In this document: piece by piece, positions 54,368 through 64,000 of the stretch | Position numbering within the stretch: position 1 is the stretch's first letter | Layout: each line of letters begins with the position of its first letter | Source: an uncultured Bacteriovoracaceae bacterium | Lineage (GTDB): Bacteria; Bdellovibrionota; UBA2394 | DNA length: 64,000 nt | Reading direction: 5' to 3' | Assembly (NCBI GenBank): GCA_964601045.1 | Contig: CAZRLF010000010.1 | Location: 30,295-94,294 of the forward strand | Notes under the pieces: model-generated | Databases searched by the model: none | Told to the model about the DNA's origin: nothing | What the model saw: the letters and a program-made list of their open reading frames with translations, nothing else | Made by a program: the position numbers and the translations under genes

Positions 54368-56344
54368 GTGAAAAGCGATCTTCTTTCGGCCACTCTTCAA
54401 AAAAATTTAGAAAAGCTTTCAGAATGTCATCCTAAACTTTTTGAACAACTTCAACCCGAGCTACAAAGATTTGATCGTTTTCAGCATGGCTCTGACGGTG
54501 AATTTTTTATTTGGGACGATAAAGGCGATATCCCTCAAAATTTTCTCTATGTAAACGAAAACACCAAAACTAAAGTCCCCTACCATCAAGGCGAGGGCTG
54601 GGCCGAGGCACGAGAAGTTTTAAGAAATGTTGATCTTAAATATCCTTCAGTAGCAGTTTTTTTTGGAATTGGTTTAGGTTTTGTATTTAAAGAGTTCATG
54701 CGAAATCGCCCCTATGCGAACTTTGTCGCCTGCGTAGTTGAAAATAATCCTCAGATTTTTTTAAGAGCCCTCTGTGTTCAAGACTTTTCAGAACACTTTT
54801 TAGATCCAACAGTTTTTTGGGTGATCGAGAGAAACCAAGCTAAGGTTAAAAACGAGTTTGCTAAATTTTTTGCGGCCAACACGACTGTTGATCGAAATAT
54901 TCGTATTCTGGCTACACCTATGGCTCTCAATATCGAGGGCTCTTTTTACTCACAAGCGGCACAAGATATAATGCAAACAAGAGATCTTACCGTTCTATCG
55001 GCCGGAAATTCTATTCCTGATCAAATGATGGGATATCAAAACGTTGTCGATAACATCCCCCATCTTGTGCACCTTCAGGGAATTAAGCCTATTTACGATC
55101 AGTTTCCTGGTCGAACAGCGATCTCCATAGCAGCTGGTCCTTCGCTTAATGAACATTTTGATCTTTTAAGAGAGCTTCAAGGAAGATTCCCTCTCATCGC
55201 CTGCGAGTCTTCACTTAAGCCGCTTCAAGCACACGGCATCGAGCCTGATTTTTTAACAGCGATTGAACGTGACGACTATGTTCCTAAGTTTTTTAGAAAT
55301 ATGAAGTTTCATCCTCGAACCTGTCTCGTAGGTCCTGCTCTTCTGAAGCGAGACTGCTTTGAACTTTTTGATCAAGATCAAATTGTCTACACCCCCACTC
55401 AAGCCTGGATGGGTTCTTTGGGTTTAGACTTCTTAGGTTCATTTGGAACTGGTTCATCAGCAGGAAATTTAAATTTAAGTATCGCTTATGCGATGGGTAT
55501 GAAAAACATCATTATGGTTGGTCACAATTTGGCCTACGGTTTTGGAACCAACGAAACTCATGTGCGAGGAACCATTGATCCCGACCGTGAACGAGGCAGG
55601 CAAGCACAAGAGCTCCAGGCTGAAAGTCATGGCCTTATGAGCCTCACTCAAGATGGACTCGATCAAGTTCCAACTAAGCTTGAATGGCAATATTACAGGT
55701 CTCAAATGGAAATGTTTGCCGCTGATCGAGCTGGCGATATCAACCTGATCAATACTGCCGCCAAGGGCGCTCGCATCGAAGGCACAACTTATATGCCTTT
55801 TAAAGAGGCAATTGAAAAATATTGCACGAAGCCATTTGACATTTATCCGTTGAGAAAAAAATTAACGCAGAAGGTTTCACCTGATATTGCCGCCGAACGA
55901 CTGCATAACTGCAAAATTAAAATTGCTGAAAACCTTGAGCATATGTCGTTCTGGCTTAAGAAATCTCACAGTATCTGTAAAAAAATAGATTCATGGCGAA
56001 AAACCATTATCGAGACGGAGAATAAGGGTGGAAAAGTCGACCTTGAGTTTTTTGACAAAGGCATCGATGAAGTTCTCGCTTTAAAAGTTAAGGCGGTAAA
56101 CCAGGATTGGCATTTTTACGGCTTAGGTATCAATCTTATGCTTCCGGGTCATATGGCATTTGAAAGAATGATTAATCAGATTAGAGCTGAACATACCAAT
56201 GACTATGATCTCAAAAGAGATTTTCTCTTAAAACATCGTGATTACTTTCATATCTGGAATCAAACCATTCCTGAGATTACTGAAAAGCTCGAAGAGTTTT
56301 TATCAAACCAAGAAAGCTTTAAACTTTCTGCCTGGAAAAACTAA
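54368..56344 (+). CDS. maf: Motility accessory factor (Maf, DUF115) family protein; putative flagellin glycosyltransferase. GTG start.
   Basis: DUF115 signature TAISIAAGPSLNEHFDLL...IACESSLKP. 658 aa. Lies directly downstream of pseB. Confidence 0.75.
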   Translation: MKSDLLSATLQKNLEKLSECHPKLFEQLQPELQRFDRFQHGSDGEFFIWDDKGDIPQNFLYVNENTKTKVPYHQGEGWAEAREVLRNVDLKYPSVAVFFGIGLGFVFKEFMRNRPYANFVACVVENNPQIFLRALCVQDFSEHFLDPTVFWVIERNQAKVKNEFAKFFAANTTVDRNIRILATPMALNIEGSFYSQAAQDIMQTRDLTVLSAGNSIPDQMMGYQNVVDNIPHLVHLQGIKPIYDQFPGRTAISIAAGPSLNEHFDLLRELQGRFPLIACESSLKPLQAHGIEPDFLTAIERDDYVPKFFRNMKFHPRTCLVGPALLKRDCFELFDQDQIVYTPTQAWMGSLGLDFLGSFGTGSSAGNLNLSIAYAMGMKNIIMVGHNLAYGFGTNETHVRGTIDPDRERGRQAQELQAESHGLMSLTQDGLDQVPTKLEWQYYRSQMEMFAADRAGDINLINTAAKGARIEGTTYMPFKEAIEKYCTKPFDIYPLRKKLTQKVSPDIAAERLHNCKIKIAENLEHMSFWLKKSHSICKKIDSWRKTIIETENKGGKVDLEFFDKGIDEVLALKVKAVNQDWHFYGLGINLMLPGHMAFERMINQIRAEHTNDYDLKRDFLLKHRDYFHIWNQTIPEITEKLEEFLSNQESFKLSAWKN

Positions 56345-58317
56345 CTTGATTCGAGTGGCATTTCAAAAACATTGAGATCTGGAACTGTCGATTGAATGGT
56401 CTTCAGCTCAGGAAAAATCTTGCTGAATGATTCTAAGTAACTTGATTCGGAGTTTACAAAACCATCCACATCTTTCTTTCGATCGCCGCTGAGACGAGGA
56501 CTTAGCGATTGAATGACTTGGTCTCGAGGCTCACGCAATTTTAGCAATCGATGTAAATGCACAATATACTGCGCCCATTCTTCCCAAGACGACTCATAAC
56601 CGCGGGCATGCAAAGCAAAATCAATGGCAAGCCCTTTGCGCATCTCGTTAGGAGCTGATTGAGCTGTCTTCCAAAAGTTCTGACAGCCAAAAATCTCTAA
56701 AAGACTTCGAGCTTCGGCAGGCAGGGCAAAGGGAGAGCGAAGTAATTCTTTAAGACCGCCCTGCAAATCAGATCGCTTTTCAAAATAAAATCTCTTGAAT
56801 TCAGCAGGAACTGAAGTCGGCTCCGGACTCATTCCAAAAACCGAAGCTCCTTTCGCCAAGAACTTAGGCATTAACGAGTTTTGACTTAAAAAAACAGATG
56901 AAGGATTTAGCTCAACTAAAATAGAAGAACTGAGATGCTTATAAACATCTTCTTCGCTCGTTACTGTTCCTCGATAATCTGATTGGTAGAATCTCTTCCA
57001 ATCAGGGTCTCCGAAAATGCCAAATTTCAAATTCTGTTTCTTTGCCTCTTCTCGAATATTTTGAATCAAACTAATTTTTAACAAATCTCGTGCAATCGAA
57101 TGCATATAGGCAAGCGACATATAGCCCTGGTAAAGATTGATAAGCTGGGTCTGTGACTGCAGAATTTGAAGGGCTCGCTTAAAAATGATCGGTAAATGCC
57201 AAAAAGGCAAATCTTGAGAAATAAATTCTTTTAAAACCGGAGTGAGAAGAAGAACGGATCTTAAATTTTCTTTTAAAAAAGTGAGCCGTGATGGCGCCAT
57301 GATCACTATATCAGTTAATCTTTTAGTCGACGAAACAGACTCAATTTTACTGATAGGAACAAGAGAGCCTAAGGCTTTGACTAAATCAGTCGGTCGCGAA
57401 TGTTTAAAAAACTCAAGGTCTTCAAACACAGGACCCAGATTTAATTCAAATGAAGATGGTGCAAAGTTTGCGATGATCGGATTCACTCCATCCATCACTC
57501 TTTCAGTTTGAATCACTCGATTTTTAATTCCCAGAACTTGAATGATCCATGCCTTACTTAAATGATCAGAAGGCAGAATATTCATATCTTCGTAGGAGAA
57601 AGAAACAATATTGCCGATTTTATGGTTAAATATCGTATCAAGAAAGCTTTGATAGCTGACGACTGAAAGTAAGCTCCCCTCAGCCATCTCAGGTTGCGGA
57701 ATATTTCGGTCAGGAATCTCAATGGCGTTTACGCCCTGGAGTTTAAGGTCATCAAAAATTTCTGCCAAAAGAAAGCTTTTGTTAGGATTAAAAACCAAAG
57801 TCGTAGACGCATTAGCGAGTAAATGCTTTCTTGGTTTAATACTTCGCTCATAAATAATTTGATATCCATTTAGAACTTGGCCCTTAAATTCATTGAGTAT
57901 TTTTTCAAATTCAAAATGGTCAGAATAAATTTGAGGAATTTGAAAATGATTATCTTCGTAAATATTCCAAGCGTCTAAAATAAAAATACGATAAAAAGCT
58001 ATTCTAAGTTTTTGCGCCCAGTGAGGATGCTGACCTTCAGCCTTATCTAGCATCGAGGCACTATCTAAAAAATAAACCAAATAGTTTTGAGGAATAATCG
58101 ATCGAGGCAAAACATTTTCATTTTCAAGAATGAGAATATTCTCTTTGCCCTCCAAACTTTTATTTTGGGCAGATCCAAAAAATGATCTTGCTTTGTCCGA
58201 TTCAGAAAAAAAGAAAATCTTAGTTTGAGAACCATTACTTTGCCCCATCAAATGTAAATCAACTTTTTGACGCGGCAAATCACACTCAAAGTCTTTTAAA
58301 AACTTAAAATCATGCAT
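56341..58317 (-). CDS. Hypothetical 658-aa protein, possibly a divergent Maf-like paralogue.
   Basis: No strong motif. DIVIMAPSRLTF loosely resembles the Maf xIAxGPSL core. It is convergent with maf, overlapping by 4 nt. Confidence 0.4.
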   Translation of the reverse strand: MHDFKFLKDFECDLPRQKVDLHLMGQSNGSQTKIFFFSESDKARSFFGSAQNKSLEGKENILILENENVLPRSIIPQNYLVYFLDSASMLDKAEGQHPHWAQKLRIAFYRIFILDAWNIYEDNHFQIPQIYSDHFEFEKILNEFKGQVLNGYQIIYERSIKPRKHLLANASTTLVFNPNKSFLLAEIFDDLKLQGVNAIEIPDRNIPQPEMAEGSLLSVVSYQSFLDTIFNHKIGNIVSFSYEDMNILPSDHLSKAWIIQVLGIKNRVIQTERVMDGVNPIIANFAPSSFELNLGPVFEDLEFFKHSRPTDLVKALGSLVPISKIESVSSTKRLTDIVIMAPSRLTFLKENLRSVLLLTPVLKEFISQDLPFWHLPIIFKRALQILQSQTQLINLYQGYMSLAYMHSIARDLLKISLIQNIREEAKKQNLKFGIFGDPDWKRFYQSDYRGTVTSEEDVYKHLSSSILVELNPSSVFLSQNSLMPKFLAKGASVFGMSPEPTSVPAEFKRFYFEKRSDLQGGLKELLRSPFALPAEARSLLEIFGCQNFWKTAQSAPNEMRKGLAIDFALHARGYESSWEEWAQYIVHLHRLLKLREPRDQVIQSLSPRLSGDRKKDVDGFVNSESSYLESFSKIFPELKTIQSTVPDLNVFEMPLESS

Positions 58318-58350
58318 GAGATTATTTTATAGGTCGCAGAGTCACGAAGT

Positions 58351-60084
58351 CTACTGAGATGCCGAAATTAAATCGGCGTCTTTCTCACGAAGAACGGGAA
58401 TCTTAAGCTTCGTACCAGGAACAAGACTTCCAACCGAAACTTTGACGTTATATTCTTGAAGCAGCCAAGGTGGAATTTCGAACTTCTGATAGCAGATAGA
58501 AAAGAGATTCTCGCCAGCCTTTACTTCGTAATCAGAAGTCTGAGCCACTTCAAAGCGCGCAAAGAAATCCTCTCTAATTCTTCGATGATAATCTTCTCGA
58601 CGGCTTTCAAAATCCTGGGCAGGCAATGAGCCCAATTTAATGAGCAGCCTCTGTCCCGCTCGCGCCTGACCATCTGTGCCTAAAGCGTTCCAGTTCTGAA
58701 CCTGTTCGACGTTAACATCCAACCACTCGGCAATTTGACTTACCGACTCCCCAATTTCAACTTTGATCCAGCCCGAGCCATCAGGCTTTCGCTCGTCAAT
58801 TGAATAAAGAGATTTCAGCGGCTTAACATCGATACCCGACTTTTTAGCAGTAACCGGTTCCGTCATTTTGATTTGAGGAAGTTTTTGAATTTCAATCTTA
58901 GGTTTAGGAATAACAGGCGCTCTCTTCTCCAATGCAGCGACAAGAACAGGGGTTTTTTTAGAATTAAGCGGAACACGCACAACTGTTCCCTTAGGAATAG
59001 GGCGTTGATTTAAAAGAACTGGCGGTCTAAGCGAAGGATTAAGAGCTTTGAATTCTTCAAGAGTGAACTCGTATTTCTGAGAAAGTTCTCTAAAGGTGAT
59101 GGGTTTGGTAATTGTTTGAGCATCAAAAGTGAGAGCCGGACGAATAGGTAAATCACCAAAATATTTTTGATAATTACTGGCGACTTCGACTGCTGCTAGA
59201 AACTGAGAATAGAAATTTCTTGAGGCAAATCCGAAGCTCGGACTTGTATAGCGATAGGAAATTTCAGCAATATCTGTGGTACCCAGAGCTTGCACCGCCT
59301 TTCGCACTCCTTCAGGCCCATGGTTATAGGCCGTCAAAGCTAAAGGCCATGCACCCAAAAAATTTCGATCTCGCTTTAAATGTTTTGCCGCAGCCACAGT
59401 TGCCAACCAAGGATCAAGTCGATCATCAACCGCGTAATCAACACGAAGCCCAAAACCCTTACCTGTCGACTCCATCAGCTGCCACAGACCCGCTGCGCCG
59501 ACTTTAGACATCGCATACTCCTGAAAAGAAGACTCAACATGCGGCAAATATTTTACAAAATCAGGAACCCCCTGCTCTGCCAAAATCTTTTCTATATGCT
59601 TTAAAAAATATCCTGAACGAATGATGCCCTGTTTAAATCGATCCGACTGACCCAATTGAAATCGAATATTCTCTGTCGCCTGAAGCAGTCGAGTTCTAGT
59701 TGTACCAGGGGGAAAACGAGATAAAAGTTTTCGTTCTTCAGGAGAAAGATTCTCACCACGCTTTCGAACAATATTAAAAAGTCTTTCACGAATATAATAA
59801 CGAAGCTCATCAGCTGGAGCGGTGCTTCCATTTTTTGGAAGTTCAATAGCATCGTAAATTACACTTAAATCTTCGGAGTCATGAAGCAAACCTTGGCGAG
59901 TGCTATATTTCGTATAAATGGCTTTCCAAAAATCGACCTTAAGTTTCATTTCGACGGGCAAGATAAGACCATCTTTCTCACCCGAATAAACTCTCATCGG
60001 GGCAAAAGATAATACGAAGGAAAGAATTACCCCCCCCTTTAAAAGAATGGACTGCACACTGTATTTTATCCCGACGTCCTGCAT
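58351..60084 (-). CDS. Membrane-bound lytic murein transglycosylase (MltD-like) with C-terminal LysM repeats.
   Basis: The SLT-domain motifs ...ESSFQEYAMSKVGAAGLWQLM... are present. Two C-terminal LysM-like segments follow (...YEVKAGENLFSICYQKF...). Confidence 0.8.
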   Translation of the reverse strand: MQDVGIKYSVQSILLKGGVILSFVLSFAPMRVYSGEKDGLILPVEMKLKVDFWKAIYTKYSTRQGLLHDSEDLSVIYDAIELPKNGSTAPADELRYYIRERLFNIVRKRGENLSPEERKLLSRFPPGTTRTRLLQATENIRFQLGQSDRFKQGIIRSGYFLKHIEKILAEQGVPDFVKYLPHVESSFQEYAMSKVGAAGLWQLMESTGKGFGLRVDYAVDDRLDPWLATVAAAKHLKRDRNFLGAWPLALTAYNHGPEGVRKAVQALGTTDIAEISYRYTSPSFGFASRNFYSQFLAAVEVASNYQKYFGDLPIRPALTFDAQTITKPITFRELSQKYEFTLEEFKALNPSLRPPVLLNQRPIPKGTVVRVPLNSKKTPVLVAALEKRAPVIPKPKIEIQKLPQIKMTEPVTAKKSGIDVKPLKSLYSIDERKPDGSGWIKVEIGESVSQIAEWLDVNVEQVQNWNALGTDGQARAGQRLLIKLGSLPAQDFESRREDYHRRIREDFFARFEVAQTSDYEVKAGENLFSICYQKFEIPPWLLQEYNVKVSVGSLVPGTKLKIPVLREKDADLISASQ

Positions 60085-60112
60085 ATGGCCAAGCGGGGGT
60101 CTTATCGGCTAT

Positions 60113-61441
60113 TTATAGAATGATTTCAAGGGCTTTATGGACTTCGGAGTAACCGCCAATTGAGACAGTTTTAGAGGCTTTTAAGCCATATTCGGGGCCA
60201 ATCCAGCGGTTATAGCTGAGGGATTCTACAGTTTTAAGTCTGTCCTCAATTGCCGAGCAGGGTCTTAATTCCCCCGTTAAGCCCAGCTCCCCACAAAATA
60301 CGGTTTTTTGGCCAATAGCCTTGTCGTTGAGAGCCGATACAAGTGCAGCCGCTACTGCCATATCAGCACCCGGATCCGAAATTTTTAATCCGCCGACAAT
60401 ATTGAGATAAACATCCGAACGCGAAAACGGAAGTCGCAAACGCTTTTCAAGTACCGCCAAAATCAAAAATAACCGATTGAGATCAAAACCTGAGGTGCTT
60501 CTTCGCGGCGATGGAAAAAAAGAATCGACTACGAGCGCTTGAATTTCGACACAGACAACTCTTGAGCCCAAAACCACTGGAGCAATTGCACATCCCGCAA
60601 CACTTTGAGTTCGAGATTGAATCCAATATGACTCAGCATCTTTTTGTTCTTTCAAACCACTTTCTGACATTTCAAGCAGAGCGACTTCTCCTGATCGACC
60701 AAATCGATGTTTTTGTACCTGAAGAATGCGTAAGCGCGAATCTTCGGCAGAAGAAAAAAGTAAAACCGTATCTACTAAGTGCTCGAGAGTTTTAGGCCCC
60801 GCGATCTCACCCTCTTTATTTACATGCCCGACAATCCAAAGCATGATTCCGAGCTCTTTTGCTCGCTGAACTAAAACCTCGGTAATTTCTTTAAGAGATG
60901 ACATTCCTCCTCGAGCTTTATCTTCTGACTCTCCTACCATCATTTGAATCGAATCGATCACAACAACTTTTGGTTTTAAGACGTTCATTTTGGCGAGAAC
61001 TTCAGAAATATGTGATTCAGCTAAAACGAAAAGTTGATCCGACAAAACTTTTTTAAACGATCGAAACCGACCAGAGACCTGCTGCACAGATTCCTCTGCC
61101 GAAACATAAAGCGCCGTTTCTTTTTGTTCGAGCAACATCTGAAATAGAAGGGTGCTCTTTCCAATACCTGGCTCCCCCGCAACCAAAACCACTGTCCCCT
61201 CAGGAAGCCCCGAACTCAAAACTCGATCCAAAAAAGAAAGTCCCGTGGCAACTCTCTTTACTTCTCCCTGCAAAGCAAAATCTTTAACCCGAACTGGCGC
61301 CGAACCCTTTTTTGCAAGCTCCTGAGGATTCTCAGTAACGGAATTAAACTCCCCACACGAAGAACATTTACCCATCCACTTGGCGAATGCAGCTCCACAA
61401 TTGGTACAGCTAAACGCAAGCGTCTTAAATCTTTGTCCCAT
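60113..61441 (-). CDS. radA: DNA repair protein RadA/Sms.
   Basis: Zn-finger CTNCGAAFAKWMGKCSSCGEFN, Walker A GEPGIGKST, KNRFG-type motif QKHRFG, and a Lon-like C-terminal domain. Confidence 0.95.
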   Translation of the reverse strand: MGQRFKTLAFSCTNCGAAFAKWMGKCSSCGEFNSVTENPQELAKKGSAPVRVKDFALQGEVKRVATGLSFLDRVLSSGLPEGTVVLVAGEPGIGKSTLLFQMLLEQKETALYVSAEESVQQVSGRFRSFKKVLSDQLFVLAESHISEVLAKMNVLKPKVVVIDSIQMMVGESEDKARGGMSSLKEITEVLVQRAKELGIMLWIVGHVNKEGEIAGPKTLEHLVDTVLLFSSAEDSRLRILQVQKHRFGRSGEVALLEMSESGLKEQKDAESYWIQSRTQSVAGCAIAPVVLGSRVVCVEIQALVVDSFFPSPRRSTSGFDLNRLFLILAVLEKRLRLPFSRSDVYLNIVGGLKISDPGADMAVAAALVSALNDKAIGQKTVFCGELGLTGELRPCSAIEDRLKTVESLSYNRWIGPEYGLKASKTVSIGGYSEVHKALEIIL

Positions 61442-61617
61442 AAGACGTCATATCTAAAACATCCGCCTCAACGCCAGATATTTGATTTCACTTTAGCTGA
61501 TTCAAGTTTTCAAACTGGAATCTGAAAGGATCTGAATCCTCCTCTGCTGGGAAATGGCTGGCATTGTATTTGAGTCGGGGGGGATTCTGACGAGGCAACC
61601 ACCGCTCAAAAAAAAGA

Positions 61618-63111
61618 TCAATTCATGCTGCTACTGACGAGATCTAATTTAATTTTGCCCATGAGGGATGTAACTTGGACCTGCTTTTCAATTCCGCCTT
61701 CAACGAAAGCGATATGAGTGGCGTCAGATGGCACTTGGTTCCAGGTGGGATCGAGAGAGACCCAATCTTTGCCGGTGAAGACTTCAACCCAGGCGTGATA
61801 ATAAAAGCCGATATCTTTTGAAAATCGATCGGTATAGACGAGACCTACGACAGTTCTCGTCGGCACTCCTGCCGCTCTTGCTAAAGTTGTGTAGAGAACG
61901 GCATGTTCATTACAATCACCTTTTCCGCTTTGCAAAACTTCTAAGGCATTTGGAATCGAAACCGTCGGAACCTTTTCTAAATTCTTATAAACGTAGTCTT
62001 GAATCAGCAATGCTCGCTTCCACAAATTGGATTCGTTTCCGATAATTTCTTTTGACTTCTTTTGAATCGATGCATCGAAAACAGGCATCAAAGCATCGCC
62101 TTGCAAATAGGTTTCTAATGATTTCTGACCCACAAGCGCTTGCACAGGAAGTGCATCTTTAGGCAGCGTTTCAACTCGGCTTGTAAGAACATTTCCTTCA
62201 AGCTTTTGACGTCTGCGATTGAGATCAAAGCCAGTTAAATCAACTCCCGATATTTTTACGCTTAAACTTTTAAGCTGCCTAGCATTTGCGAGAGGAACAA
62301 ATGCAACTCGAGCAACTTCTACCAAATCTTTTTTTGTTCCCTCAATAGAGAGATTGGCATACTGAGCTTCGGTAATCGCACTTGTTTCAACCGGAAGGCC
62401 GGCAAAATCAGACTTCTCCGATGTCAAACTTCCGTCCTTCGTAATCTCACTCACCATTGAATGCTGAAGATAACTCAAATTAACGGACCATTTTGAATCA
62501 GAAATCTTTTTAACTTTCATCTCCATAGGAACTGTTGTCAGAGCTGAGGGTTCCAGCATAAACGCCTCTAGATTTTTAGACTGAGTCGGAAGGCCCTTAA
62601 GAAGTAAATACGGCCTTAACGTTGAACTCACTAAAACCGGTTCTTGCAAAGAAAGATCTTTAATTTGAGTCTTACCTGCTTGGCTAATCTGCAATCTCAA
62701 AATATTATCAAATCGATCACCAACAATTTTAATTAGCGACTGAGAGCTCTTCATATCGAACTCGATCTTCTGGATTTCAAGTGCTTCGTTTGTCCAGACA
62801 CGACTTTGAGTGGCAATCACTTCAGCCTTTTTAAAGAGTGTTAACTTCATTTCAGCATTTTCATTGAAGCGAAGAAGTCCACCCTCTCTTTTCCATGAAA
62901 AAGCACTTCGTCCAATAACAAGGCCGTTCGATGTAAATTTATGAAAACTCTGTTGAGCAAATGCATCAAGTGGTTTTGCTTCTGACTTTGTTTCAGTTTT
63001 TGATACGGTAGTCTGATATGCATTCTGTACTGGTTTGTCAGCAGCGTGGCAGGCGGATAATGCTGAAATAGAAAAAATAAAACTGCAGAAATCAAAACGC
63101 TTACACATCAC
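61618..63111 (-). CDS. Transglutaminase-like cysteine protease-fold lipoprotein.
   Basis: Lipobox SALSAC-H. The transglutaminase core SGKGDCNEHAVLYTTLARAAGVPTRTVVGLVY follows, with a downstream His/Asp. Confidence 0.75.
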   Translation of the reverse strand: MMCKRFDFCSFIFSISALSACHAADKPVQNAYQTTVSKTETKSEAKPLDAFAQQSFHKFTSNGLVIGRSAFSWKREGGLLRFNENAEMKLTLFKKAEVIATQSRVWTNEALEIQKIEFDMKSSQSLIKIVGDRFDNILRLQISQAGKTQIKDLSLQEPVLVSSTLRPYLLLKGLPTQSKNLEAFMLEPSALTTVPMEMKVKKISDSKWSVNLSYLQHSMVSEITKDGSLTSEKSDFAGLPVETSAITEAQYANLSIEGTKKDLVEVARVAFVPLANARQLKSLSVKISGVDLTGFDLNRRRQKLEGNVLTSRVETLPKDALPVQALVGQKSLETYLQGDALMPVFDASIQKKSKEIIGNESNLWKRALLIQDYVYKNLEKVPTVSIPNALEVLQSGKGDCNEHAVLYTTLARAAGVPTRTVVGLVYTDRFSKDIGFYYHAWVEVFTGKDWVSLDPTWNQVPSDATHIAFVEGGIEKQVQVTSLMGKIKLDLVSSSMN

Positions 63112-63869
63112 AATTTAGTAGCCTTTCCTTGTTTTAGTTCTGCCAATCTTTTATCCATAACCTTTAGAAGTTCGGGAAGTCCCTTTTCGATTCCCCCATT
63201 CTTTTTAATAATGCGATTAAAACTTCCGCGATAGGCTTCTTCGAGTGATGTTTCATCAAGTTTGGTGTCAACGATCGACCAGTTCTCGCCTTTCTTCTTT
63301 AAGTGAAATTCGACCATAACATCCGCTTCTTTCTTTTTAATGGTCGCAAACACAATCGTCTTTTGAGGACCAGATTTTTCACCCGTCAAAATAATTTGAT
63401 ATTTACCTCCGACGTAGAGTCGAATTTTTTCGAGATAATTTTCTTCAACCAAACTTTTAAAAAGTCGGAGATATCTTTCTTTTTGCTTTTTTCCACTAGC
63501 CGACTTGTCGAGCTCTGCCCAGTAAGTGGCCAAAGCGCCTCGACCTAAACTCTCTAAATCAAGAACCGATGAAATAAATTTTCGTAACTGAGGATCTTTC
63601 TGTTTTACAGCGTTGGAGTTTTGAGCACTCACTCCCTCCATAATTTTCTCCACATCAATTACGCTATTGATCACGAATTTTGTCGCAGAATTCGAACTGG
63701 AGGTCTTAAAACTAGTAAAAAGTAGCCTTGAACCCTTAACAGGCTGAGCTGTTGATGTTGATGTAGACGGAACGTTTAAGGTTGGAGGAGCTGACAAACT
63801 TCTCTCGCCATCGTCCGCAGCAACTAAAAGATGTAACGCCATTAAATTAAGAGTGATGATCTGGAGCAT
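63108..63869 (-). CDS. MlaC/Ttg2D-like periplasmic phospholipid-binding protein (putative).
   Basis: Signal peptide. Tgt2/MlaC-like pattern ...LGRGALATYWAELDKSASGKKQKERYLRLFKSLVEENYLEKI...ILTGEKSG...VMVEFHL.... AAAGGAGAAG RBS. Overlaps the downstream gene by 4 nt. Confidence 0.55.
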   Translation of the reverse strand: MLQIITLNLMALHLLVAADDGERSLSAPPTLNVPSTSTSTAQPVKGSRLLFTSFKTSSSNSATKFVINSVIDVEKIMEGVSAQNSNAVKQKDPQLRKFISSVLDLESLGRGALATYWAELDKSASGKKQKERYLRLFKSLVEENYLEKIRLYVGGKYQIILTGEKSGPQKTIVFATIKKKEADVMVEFHLKKKGENWSIVDTKLDETSLEEAYRGSFNRIIKKNGGIEKGLPELLKVMDKRLAELKQGKATKL

Positions 63870-64000
63870 TCAGCTTCTCCTTTTTGTTTTCGGTTGCGCT
63901 TTAAAGATGAAACTTTAAGCTATTTTCAATAGCTTAGCGAGCGTACTGAATTTTCTCATCACTTTTCGCGAGACTTAAGAATCTTAAATGTTGAAGCGAA

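Noticed and set aside
61540-61570. Plus-strand TGGCAT-tgtat-TTGAG sigma-54-like element.
   Set aside because: The -12 element is GA rather than GC. It also points into the 3' end of a minus-strand gene with no plus-strand gene downstream. Likely a chance match.
1-64000. Search for rRNA, tRNA, CRISPR arrays, transposases, integrases, and obvious toxin-antitoxin pairs.
   Set aside because: No tRNA-like T-loop/acceptor patterns were found in any intergenic region over 100 bp. No direct-repeat/spacer arrays, no IS or integrase-like ORFs, and no small adjacent ORF pairs with TA characteristics were seen.

Overview
This AT-rich 64-kb window is almost entirely coding and belongs to a Gram-negative, polar-flagellated bacterium. 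L- and P-ring genes and an flhF/flhG pair are present. The gene content (csrA-fliW-fliC, yitJ-type fusion, many secreted proteases and lipoproteins) fits a Bdellovibrionota/Oligoflexia-like organism, but this is a low-confidence guess from gene content only.

Positions 824-22131 form one large minus-strand flagellar locus. It holds a late/rod-ring block (flgF-flgG-flgA-flgH-flgI-flgJ-like-flgM-flgN-flgK-flgL-csrA-fliW-flagellin) and an export/switch block (fliL-M-N-O-P-Q-R-flhB-flhA-flhF-flhG-fliA plus one unknown membrane protein). The two blocks are separated by a GC-rich ~250-bp island containing a ~51-bp-arm inverted repeat.

After the flagellar locus come:
- a metallophosphoesterase, a secreted Pro/Thr-rich protein, hflX and dnaE;
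- a plus-strand six-gene operon linking a YitJ-type homocysteine methyltransferase/MTHFR fusion with deoB, deoA, a trimeric PNP and two MtaD/Tm0936-family deaminases;
- a trypsin-like protease plus membrane protein pair;
- three secreted or lipoprotein genes, each preceded by a near-consensus sigma-54 promoter, including a 760-780 aa protein with two near-identical ~132-aa tandem repeats;
- coaE and cell-wall genes (mtgA, an lpoB-like lipoprotein, ruvX-mltG, mltD-like);
- a partial pseudaminic-acid flagellin-glycosylation island (pseG, pseB, a DUF115/Maf protein and an unknown 658-aa protein);
- radA, a transglutaminase-like lipoprotein and an MlaC-like protein.

No rRNA, tRNA, CRISPR array, transposase or integrase was recognised. 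The features most worth follow-up are the cluster of sigma-54 promoters (also upstream of fliL), the tandem-repeat secreted protein, the giant palindrome inside the flagellar locus, and the SAM-cycle/nucleoside salvage operon.
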